This document shows, piece by piece, positions 27,035-37,379 of a stretch of 62,370 nucleotides of DNA; the first letter of the stretch is position 1, and every line of letters begins with the position of its first letter. The notes under the pieces were generated by a model. It was not told the DNA's origin, ran no database searches, and saw only the letters and a program-made list of their open reading frames with translations. The DNA comes from Chiloscyllium plagiosum (Eukaryota): positions 15,686,257 through 15,748,626 of the forward strand of contig NC_057719.1 in assembly GCF_004010195.1 (NCBI RefSeq), written 5' to 3'. Position numbers and translations under genes: made by a program.

Positions 27035-30000
27035 TCATTGTGGCCATACTAGCTCCTGAAAGAGATATCCTGCTAGTCCCATTCTCCAGCCCTATCTCCG
27101 CAGCCCTCTAAATTAATCACTTTCAAACATATATCTAGCTCTTTTGAAACCTCCTATGGAATTTGCCTCCAATATTCTCCCAGATAGCACATTCCAAATT
27201 CTAATCACTCTGAGTAAAGAAGTATCTTAGCTCAGTCCTAGCTCTCTTGCTGACAATCATGAAAGTGTGACCCCTAGTTACTGACATAAAAACTAGTGGA
27301 AATAGAATATCATTCTTTCATCTGTCAAAATTGTTCATCATTTTCATCACCTCCTAATCATCTCTGCTCCAAAGAGAATAAGTCCAATCTCTCCAATCTT
27401 TACTTGTATCTAAAATCTCTCCTTCCAGGTATTGTTCTAGTAAATTTCCTTTGAACTCGCTCAAGAACTTTAACATTCTTTCTTAAATTAGGTACACAGA
27501 ACTGTACACAATACTCCAAATGTGGTCTGATCAATGATTTGTTAAAGTGGAGCATCACTTCCTTGCTTTTATATTCTAAGCCTCTATTTATAAGCCCAAG
27601 GATCCTAGAAGGCTTCTCAACAACTGTTTCAACTTGCCTGGCCACCTTCAGAGAATCATCCACATGAACCCTGAGGTGACTCTGCTCCTGTACTCCCCAC
27701 AAAGTTGTACCATTGATCCTGTATTGTCAATTCATGTTTCTTCTATCAAACACACATTTCTCTGCATTGAAATTCATCTGCCAGGTTTCTGCCCATTTGG
27801 CCAACTTGTCAATTCCTTCTGAAGTCACTCAGTGCCATCCTCAATTCACTATTCTCCCTAGCTTATTGTTATCTGCAGGTTTAGAGATTCTGCCCTCAGC
27901 ACCCATCTCCAAATCATAGTCATAGAGTCATGGAGATGTACAGCGTGGAAACAGATCCTTCAGTCCAACTCATCCATGCTGACCAGATATCCTAAGTTAA
28001 TCTAGTCCCATTTGCCAGCATTTGGTCCATATCCCTCCAAGTTATGTTCTATGTTCTTCCTATGCACGTACGCATCCAGAGCCTTTTTAAATGCTATCAT
28101 TGTACCAATCTCCATTACTTCCTCTGGCAGCTTTTTCCATACATGCACTGCCCTCTTAGGTCACTTTTAAATATTCTCCCTCTCATGTTAAATCTATGCC
28201 CTCTAGTTTTGGACTTTCCTACTGTGGGAAAATACATTGGCTATTCACTCTATCTGTATTCTGATGATTTTATAAACCCCTGTAAGATCACCCTTCAGCC
28301 TCTGACACTCCAGGGAAAATAGCCCTATTTATTCAGCCAGGACCTCAAAAACCATGGTCTGAACACTGATATGTGGGGAACACCATTTTCAACCAATCTG
28401 TGATCTGAGAAATGTCATCTATACCTACCCTCTGTGACCTATCTTTTAGCCAACATCTAATCCATGTTGCCAAGGACCTATTAATCCCAAACACTTTTAA
28501 CTTGCTAACCTGAAAGTTCAAATGTACAACATCCACAGCACTGTATATTTACCTTTTGCCTTATTATGGCCTTCAACAGTTTTCCCATTGTGGATGTCAA
28601 GCTGACAGGTATGTAGCTTCCTGGGTTATCCTTTGTCCCTTGCTTAAACAACAGTGTGTGCATTTGCAATCTTCCAGTACCTCAGGACTAATCCTGTGTT
28701 CAGAGGGGCCTGGAAAATTTCTGTCAACAATTCCACAGTTTGCTCCCTTAACTCTCTCAGCAATCTAGGATTCATCCCATCTGGGCCTGGCAATATCTCT
28801 ACCTGGAGTGCGCCTGCATTTTTAGCCTCTTCTTTATCCATCATTGTACTACTCAGTTGCTCAACACCTATATTTTAAATTAGGCCATTGTCAGCATCTT
28901 CTAAGTTGATAAAGATAGAAACAAAATAATCATTTAGTACGGAGAAAGTGAGGACTGCAGATGCTGGAGATCAGAGCTGAAAATGTGTTGCTGGAAAAGC
29001 GCAGCAGGTCAGGCAGAATCCAAGGAGCAGGAGCCCTCCTGAAGAAGGGCTCATGCCCAAAACGTCGATTCTCCTGCTCCTTGGATGCTGCCTGACCTGC
29101 TGCGCTTTTCCAGCAACACATTTTCAGCTCTAATCATTTAGTACGTCTGTTACATCCTTTGCTTCAGTGAGCAGCTTACCCTTCTTGTTCCTAATAGGTC
29201 CCACTCTGTCTTTCACTAATGCTTTACCACTGGTACATTTGAACAATATTTTATTATTTGTTTTAGTGCAACCTGCGTCCTTTCCTCATACTTCCTCTTA
29301 GCCTCTCTCCTGAATTTGAAATACTGCTCCTATCGCGATACATCATATGCTTCTTTTCTCTTCCTTATTTTCTCATTAATATCCTTCATCAAAAAGGATA
29401 CTCTAGCTTTGGATACCCTGTATTTATTTTTCATGGGTATATACCTAGCTTGTACACTATTCATCACCCTTTTGAAATTTTCCCAAATTTCATCCATCAA
29501 AATGTGTTTCCAATCAATTTGCTCGAGTTCAACTTTTAGACCCCTAAAATCTGCCCATTTCTCATCTGTGATATTAATCACTGACTGATTTTTTTTTACC
29601 CATTTTTTAACCTCAATTGAACCTCATGTTATGATCACTTCTTGCCAAATGCTTCTCCATTTTGACATTCTCCACTTGCCTCACCTTATTCCCTAGGACC
29701 AGCTCCAGCATAGCCCCTGTCCTGGTACGACTGTAAATGTATGGCTCATTGAAGGAGTTTCTCCCCATCTGCACCCCAGATTCTGCTTTTTGCCCCAGGT
29801 TACCTTAGGGTAATTGAAACCACCAACTATCAGAACCCTACTAGACCCGCAGATTTCCACAATCTGCCCACAAATACTGTCTTCCAGTTCCTCTTTATTA
29901 TGTGGAGGTCTATAATAAATAGTCAACAAGGTAATTGCTCCTTTCCTGTTTCTCACCTTCAACAATATGGATTCTAATTCAGGAGCTGTATCTTTTTCAT

Positions 30001-31400
30001 GGGTGATGATACTATCTTTGACCAAGAGTGCTGTATCTCTTCCCCTTTTACCCACCCTGTTTCTACTGAAAACCTCATAACTTAAGCTGTTAAGTAACCA
30101 GTTCTGTTCTGACTTGAGCCGCATTTCTGTTAATGCTACTATGTCATATGCTCCCAGAGCAATTTCTGTTTCAAGTTCCTCAATTTTGTTCACTGTACTC
30201 CTACGTTTACATATACAATTTAACTGTATCATTCTCTCTTTTCTTGCCTATTGGAGGGTGATCATTTCTTTGTTCAAGGTCAAAACTCAACCTTCCCTTA
30301 CTCACCATCTTCTCTCTTTTGCCCTCTCTGATATTTCTAAAACTGGGCCCATTTGTGAACCTACACCCCCACCCTCCCTCAACACACACACACACACGTT
30401 TAAATTCACCACAATTACATTATTTATACAAATCTTCTCAAAACTCTCTAAGGTTATGTACTCTCTCAGCCAGAATAGTTAATTTTCTGCTCAGGTGAAG
30501 CCCATCTCTTTAAACAGCTTTCTCCTAATCCAAATGTCCAAAACGAAACCCCTCCTTTCTTCATGAACCCTCAAGCCACACATTTACCTCCCTGGTCTGC
30601 CTTCACCTAAATGGTGAAGCTTGTGGCACAGATAGTATTTCTGAGATCAATGTCCTGGAAGCCCTGCATTTCAATCTACTCCATAACTCTTGAAACAGAT
30701 CCTGCAAGAGCTCCAAGCTGTCCCTTACTATGGTTTTGGTTCCCACTTGAACCCACTACCATTGGTTGTTCAGCCTCCCTTTCCAGAAGGGCATCCAGTC
30801 ATTTCAATATGTCTTGAACCCTTGCACCCAGGAGGCAACATACAGGCACATGATCTTAGCTGCAAACTAGACTGTCTATCCCTCAAACTATTAAGTCACC
30901 CACTACTATCTTACTAACTTGCCTATCAGTCTCTGTCATCTCACAGTCGCCTCAGTTGCTGTGGTTTTCCCTGAAGTCATCCACCACCTACTTAGTCATG
31001 TTGCTCACTGAATAGGCATTTAAACTTTCATACCTGTTAAGACAGCTCCAAGGAGCTCTTGATTTCTTGGACCTGCTGTCTCCTTTCCTTTTGACAAATG
31101 CTCACCCACTCATCTGCCATTTTTGCACTCCTCTTTGCCTGCCTATCATGTTGTGGAGTGACTGCTCTCTCATACAACTGATCCATAAACCTCTCTCCTT
31201 CTTGTATGGTACATAGCGAGGACAGTTGCTGCTCTAAATCAAGCACATGTTGTTCAAGAACTCTTACCGTCTGGCACTTTATGCAGATGGAACTGTCTGG
31301 ATGTCTTGTGCATTCAATGCCTCACACATCACAAACGTTCCCAGAGTCCTTACCATCTTTATCGGTCAAGGTGATGCATAGTGCTGAAGTTCTGCTGTTT
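27035..31400 (-). mobile_element. Near full-length decayed CR1 LINE (ORF1 Zn-finger/zipper + esterase, ORF2 APE + RT) with nested insertions
   Basis: ORF1 remnant CDV*...SICIKCQTVRVLEQHVLDLEQQL (~31340-31230), APE (YDIVALTE, TIYYRPP, GGFNYP), PGPDGMNPRLLREL, and RPHLEYCVQF. Interrupted by a HER1 3' piece (~27915-28340) and a Penelope hairpin (28942-29130). Confidence 0.85.
28942..29130 (+). mobile_element. Hairpin-shaped non-autonomous Penelope derivative with hammerhead-like loop and 15-bp TSD
   Basis: TSD TAATCATTTAGTACG at 28927-28941 and 29131-29145. 60-bp inverted arms at 28974-29033 and 29071-29130 with one mismatch. The loop contains CTGAAGA-A-GGGC-TCAT-GCCC-AAAA-CGTC. Confidence 0.88.
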
Positions 31401-31559
31401 CTAAGCTGCAAATAATTTTCTAACAACCTCTGTCTCTCTTTTTATTTCAAAGAGGGAGTGAGGGAAACACTGCTGTTCTTTGACACCTGGCTGTTTACGA
31501 TCCCCTCCTTAGTTGTGGTGACCTCTCCCAGAATTCTTACCAACACCCCCATGTCTAAA

Positions 31560-31990
31560 TGCTCAGCTATTGCATTCTTTAGACTCTTTCTCCCCTCAAT
31601 AACAGATGATAAGCTACATAGCCTATAGGGGAGATGTTTGTCTGTGACCCTTTTAAAAAAGTTGTTAGTTCCTGAAGTTTGGAAAAAAACTTTTTCATAA
31701 GTAAGGATTCTTGGAAGATTAGTGCCAGTGCATCCACTAACTCTGTAGCTACTTCCTTTAATATCCTAAAACACATCCCATTTCGTCCAGGAAACTCAGA
31801 CTTTAACGCCTTTAGTTCCTCAGCACGTTTTCTCTAGTGAGTTATCATAAGCATTTCCTCTCTGCCTTTTGCTCCTTGATTATTTAACAATTCTGGAACA
31901 TTAGCATATTCTATTGTGAAGACTACAATGAATTTATGAAACTCCTCTATGATAGCCTGGTTGCTCATTATTATTTCCTCCAGCATTTTT
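31560..31990 (-). mobile_element. CR1 ORF2 fragment (old)
   Basis: RILKEVATELVDALALIFQESL peptide. Confidence 0.7.
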
Positions 31991-32329
31991 TTTACTTTCA
32001 AATACATAAAGAAGAACTGAGATGCTAAAGAACTCTTACAGTCTGTCTTGATATTCAGATTCATAAGTGTTTCGCTACAATCCAAGAAAATGATATGGTG
32101 AAAGTCAGTCTAGATTGGGGAAAAAAAATTATGTGGAACAATATTTGGCTGGCGGAAATTGCTGTTTAGGTGTTTGTATTGAAATCTTTATCTTATATTT
32201 GTTTAATTTTTCTCTTTTGTGTATTTAACTTATGTTCTTTGTTAAAGAACATCTGCAACCTCCTAAAAATGTTTTAATGACTAAACACCTCAACAGACAA
32301 CTGCAAAATTAAAACATATAACCTATGAA

Positions 32330-32621
32330 AGCCGACTTGCGGAACGTTTCAGAGAACACCTTTGGGACACCCGGACCAACCAACCCAACCACCCCGTAGC
32401 CCAACACTTTAACTCCCCTGGCCTATTACCCTCACCTAGACCTCTTTCTACCTATCACATTTCCGACGCCCCTCCCCCAAGTCCCTCCTCCCTACCTTTT
32501 ATCTTAGCCTGCTGGACACACTTTCCTCATTCCTGAAGAAGGGCTTATGCCCGAAACGTCGATTCTCCTGTTCCTTGGATACTGCCTGACCTGCTGCGCT
32601 TTTCCAGCAACACATTTTCAG
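32330..32621 (+). mobile_element. Internally deleted Penelope-like element: GIY-YIG fragment + pLTR with hammerhead core, 14-bp TSD
   Basis: TSD ATATAACCTATGAA at 32316-32329 and 32622-32635. 32333-32419 encodes RLAERFREHLWDTRTNQPNHPVAQHFNSP (Penelope GIY-YIG signature). Core at 32533-32560. Confidence 0.88.
32533..32560 (+). ncRNA. Minimal type-I hammerhead ribozyme-like motif (intact core)
   Basis: CTGAAGA-A-GGGC-TTAT-GCCC-GAAA-CGTC: CUGANGA and GAAA core strands, a 4-bp stem II, palindromic ACGT helix III and a GUC triplet. Helix I pairs only ~2 bp. Confidence 0.65.
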
Positions 32622-33774
32622 ATATAACCTATGAAGCCATGTTTAATGCTGGCTGGGATCTGACTTACAATCATACTTGATGGTAATGCTGGATAATTGG
32701 CCCAAACAACCTCCTTCAGTGCTTGTAACAATTCTGTGATTTTGTGAATTCATAAAACAGTAAAAAGGCAACAGAAGAGGGATAAATAGTTTTCCTTTTA
32801 AAAAAAGTAGATAAAAGAATTCATTCATGACAATTACAAATGTCCTTCAGCAACAATAATTAGCTTTTGACATTTTAACAGAAAGCAGTAATAAATTTAG
32901 CTGTACTGTGCATTGCACAGTTAACATTGAAGCATAGACTTTTAATTAATGAACAAAACATGGGCATTTAGCTAAAAAAAACAGAAGAGGGAGATGCAGA
33001 AAATTCAACTAATGACTGCTTGCAACTGGAGGTAGACAGACAGATGGTCACTTAACCATTTCCCCAGCTGCCCAGTTCACTCCTCTTCACCCATGAGTTT
33101 TCCACAATGGATACCAAGCTCCAGAGTCAGAACTGTGAATACTTTACAATGAAAATTATTTATACCATGATGCTAAACATGGAATCACTGCAGCAGACAT
33201 CATGTTGCAGCAAACACTAGGATAGAATACATGCAGCATTAACATACTAGGCATTAACTGAATTATTCCCCATTTCAGTAGCCAGTAAGACTCCAGAACA
33301 ATACATTTATATCAGATTAACCAGCCCAATGATATAGCTTTATTGGGAGACATTACAAAATTCGGTACTGGATCCTGTCCTGTCTGTACTTTAAAGCAAA
33401 AGATGGTTTCACTTGTTCTGAAAAAAGGACAGAGAACATGTAATTGGAAGGCTAGAAAAGGAAAGTCAGATTGAAGTTGTCAATGACAACTATCTTCATC
33501 TGTTCAAACAGCTGACTGAGCATAGCAATCCAAGTCCTGAAAGGAGTAAAAGCTTTAACCACAGGTCTGCACACTTACAGATGTAAGAGACTAACTTCTG
33601 TAATGGCCCAGAACCAGTAGGAGTGTAAAGACCATCTTATTTCTTTTTCTTTGTTTACAATTGTGGACTGGAATGAAAAAAGAACTGGTGTAAAATGCAA
33701 GGAGATTGCTGCAGTTCTTTAAAAAAGTCATCCGACACCGATTGTAAGTAGTGTTTACACAACTACTTCTTGGA

Positions 33775-33876
33775 CTCTTGTGATACAGTGGTAATGTCCC
33801 TACCTCTCAGCCAACAGGCCTGGATTCAAGTTTGGAGCAGATGAGGTGTGTCTCACAACATCTCTGAACAAGTTGG
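33775..33876 (+). mobile_element. Short tRNA-like SINE of a second family (related - strand copies at ~20518-20616, ~41470-41585, ~49522-49600)
   Basis: gtgatacagtggtaatgtccctacctct...ggattcaagt (A/B-box-like); reverse-complement similarity to 41490-41585. Confidence 0.55.
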
Positions 33877-34059
33877 AAAAAAAACTTCAAGCAGTAGTGA
33901 AAGCTTAATTTTCGGTTGAACTGGAATCAGAATGTGTACAAAAGGAACTTTCGCTGGTAATTAAGTACCTGATTGGTCAATGGACTTGTGACTGGTTATT
34001 GATGACAAAGGTCTGCCAACAACTATATGATTGGGTCCCAGGTAACTGAAACAACTTGG

Positions 34060-34940
34060 GAAAAAAACGTTAATATTAGACAGTCAACATGGGGCTTTGT
34101 CAAGGGCAGCTCATTTCTGACAAATTTAATTGTGCTCTTTGAAGGGGTGATACCGGCAGTGGGTGAGGGTAGCGCTGGGGATGTTGTATAGCTGAACTTT
34201 CAGAAAGCATTTGCTACGGTGCCACATGGCAAGTTGGTTAGCTTTTCTCAGATTGAAGACTAGTTGAAAACAGTGCTCCCCAGCATCAGTGTTGGGACCC
34301 TTGCTTTTTCTGATTTACACTTAATGGTAAGGTCCTAGGGAGTGTTGCTGAACAAAGAGCCCTTGAAGTGCAGGTTATTAGTTCCTTGAAAGTGAAGTTA
34401 CAAGTAGACAAGAGTAGTGAAGGTGATGTTTGGTACGCTTGCCTTTATTGGTCTGTGCATTGAGTATAGGAGTTGGGAGGTCATATTGAGGTTGGACAGG
34501 ATATTGATTAGGCCACTTTTGGAATTGTGTGCGCAATTCCGGTCACCCTGGAAAGATGTGGTGCAACTCGAAAGGTTCAGAAAAGACTAACAAGGATGTT
34601 GCAAGGGCTGGATTTGGAGGGTTTGAGCTATTGGGAGAGGTTGATTAGTCTTAGTGTAACTGGCTTAAATGTGCCTTGTAGATATCCAGTCTTAGCTACA
34701 TTCTGCTGTTGCACATGGCTGCGAAAATTGTTTAAGAGTCAGCATAGGTACGCAAATTCCCCGATCATCCAAGTCCACTCTGTTGTCCTTCCGGGTTTCT
34801 GTATCAGACACTGAGGGGTGATCTAACAAAAGTTTACAAAATGATGAGGGGCATGGATAGTGTGAATAGCCAAGGCCTTTTCCCCAGGGTAGGGGAGTTG
34901 AAAATTAGTGGGCATAGCTTTAAGGTGAGAAGCAAAAGAT
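34060..34940 (+). mobile_element. CR1/HER1 fragments carrying a foreign 150-bp insert at 34653-34802
   Basis: RT nucleotide motifs colinear with 23660-24140 on both sides of the insert. Confidence 0.82.
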
Positions 34941-36314
34941 GTAGTTTAAAACATCGCGAGCCTCAAGGTCACTAGTTTACTTTTCCCTTAGCAGTTTTGT
35001 AAGCAGTGGCTCTTAACTCGTAAACCTGAGAGTTAAAGCATGTGAACCTACACACCTTGTGTCTTCTTGCAATCAGGTGCCAAAGGAGAATCAAGGATTA
35101 CGACATTTTGGCAAGCCAAAGGAATCGCAATAAACCCGGTCTTCCAAGTCTTCTCTCTCTGCCCATAACATACATGTTGTATTTCTGCCCACATGCATGT
35201 GTAGAAGGGGTTTATAAAGGGTTTAGAATTTCAACTAGTTGTGTCATATGCAAATAGTTCATAATTATTTACCCATTTATTCATTATAGATAGTAATCCT
35301 TGTTAAATGTAGAATTCTATTCTGTCAACTTGGGGCTATAGGCAAGTAAAGTGGGGAACTCTGTGTATTGTTAAGAATCTTTAGCAATACTTCTGGGGGT
35401 AGAGGGGCTTGCTTTCCAGAGGAGTGACATGTAATAGCTATCAAAATGCAGATCCCCATTCACTGACACATTTGAACCAAACTACTTCAATGCTTTTTGT
35501 TAAAATTCTGTAAGATATTTAGAAAACAGCAGTCTAGCAGCTCTGGATTATTGGAAGCTCAATATGTGACCTCACAGGATAGTGAGACATAGGTACATGC
35601 CCAGGACCCTTTTCTCATTGAAGTTCCCAAATGTCTGATCTCACACCACCAGATACTTCTCCAAGATAGGAGGGGGAAAGAAGAGACGTCCTGACAAGAT
35701 TTCACTACTGATCCAATTAATCAATAGGCCCCATTTTAGTTTTAGCATCGTATACCTTGATACATTTTTGAAATTCAGGCCAAGGCAGTTGGGGATTGCC
35801 AACCCTGCCTGTATTTGTGAGCTCAGGAAAAGTAGCAAATCTGATCATTTGGTGTAGAAAGTGGTTATTTGCTACAGAGATGCAAAGAGAAAGACGAATA
35901 CATTAAACCGCAAAATTGAGAGTTAGGGGATTCCCTTATGGACAAATAGGAGCTGGCTGCCAGATAAAGGGTTCCTTAACCAGGAAGAGCCTTTATGTCT
36001 ATGTATATCTCATCACAAAAATGATTAACGTCACTTGATCGAGGTTTAAAATTCACTGAAGAGTGTCTGATTGGTTCTTTGCCAACACAGGCATTGTTGC
36101 AGTGAGCTGAAGGGACCCATGACCAGTTTTAGTGTCAGTGTAACTGGCTTAAATGTGCCTTGTAGATCTCCAGTCTTGGCTGCATTCTGCTGTTGCTCAT
36201 GGCTGCAGAAACTTTAAGAGTCAGCATAGGTGCATCAATTCCCTGATCGTCCGAGTCCACTCTGTTCTCCTTCTGAGTTTCTGTTGTTAGGTAGAGGATT
36301 TTCTGCAAATCGCT

Positions 36315-36431
36315 TCATCTATAACCATTCAGCTTGTTCCAGTTGACAGTGCTGAAAAAGGAGTGAGATTTTATCTCCTGTGCTCCATTCTCACCAGAAC
36401 CAAGCCGGCAGCGATAATCCCACTGCAACAA
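36315..36431 (-). CDS. RPS6KL1: RPS6KL1 terminal coding exon, 117 nt including TGA
   Basis: Long pyrimidine tract then ctcctAG|TTGTTG. Translates [38 protein letters not shown] (kinase subdomain XI). Confidence 0.94.
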   Translation of the reverse strand: MLQWDYRCRLGSGENGAQEIKSHSFFSTVNWNKLNGYR

Positions 36432-37379
36432 CTAGGAGAAGGGAGAGAGGAAAAAAAAAATCAAAGTGAAGGAAATCTAGCTGACCTTAGCTTTGTTTGT
36501 GCTCGAAACAGGCACACAAAAGGCTATAAACACTGCTGGAAATAGACTATTAACAGTGTGGAATTATCACCTCAACACTCCCAAGGTCCAGCTTAGCATG
36601 TTGGATGGCTGGTTTTTCAATGTACAGCAAACCTGTATTCAATTCTCTCACTGGCTGAAGTTACCACGAAGCATCTCTCCTGTCACCTGAGATGTGATGG
36701 CCTTCACACTAAACTACCACAGTCATCCCTCTCTAATCAGAGAGTAGCTTTACAGTCCAGTAGGACTGTGGTAACTTTAGCTTCTTTTTAAAAACACATT
36801 TCCCCATTTTCTACCAAAGTCACCAGAAAAAGAATCATATCATATATGCTTTCCTCACAATAAATGTTTAGTTAATCATATTGTGGATACCAATGTTTGT
36901 TTTCAGACCCTCCTACTAACTGAAGCCATCACTTTAATGACCAAGGTTATTCACCTGTCATTTAATCTTAAATCATGGCACACTACGACTGCAGACTTTT
37001 GAAACCACTAAGAACACCCACGTAAAAATGGTGTGTAGCTCAAAATAGATCCTGTTAGATGGATAATTCCATGCTCTTATCCATTCCTCAGTGTAGTCTG
37101 CTGTTTGTTGGTTAGCATAGGCTGAAAGGTCGGTTTCTAGGCTGTATGACTCTATGACTATGATGTGGTGATAATGGAGGCCTAGCCTTTGGGAAGGGTG
37201 ATTAATATGAATGCAGACTTGCTCACGGACCTACATCCAGAACCTCAACCTGAGCTACAAATCTTCTCAAAACTCGGGTGATTAATATTTCTAGTTTCAA
37301 AATATCAGAAAGATGGAAAAGGAGGATGAAAAGAAGGGAGTCTTTTTTTTTAAAAAAGGAGAGCATGCAATACTGGAGA

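Noticed and set aside
32900..35300. Assignment of the RPS6KL1 polyadenylation site
   Set aside because: Several - strand AATAAA/ATTAAA candidates exist (e.g. 35281-35276 and 33344-33339), but none can be selected from sequence alone.
33599..35429. Possible solo LTR (TGTAAT...GTGACA) enclosing the SINE and CR1 fragments; similar LTR-like texture at ~32000-32700
   Set aside because: No second LTR, primer-binding site or unambiguous TSD is visible, so it cannot be supported without a repeat library.
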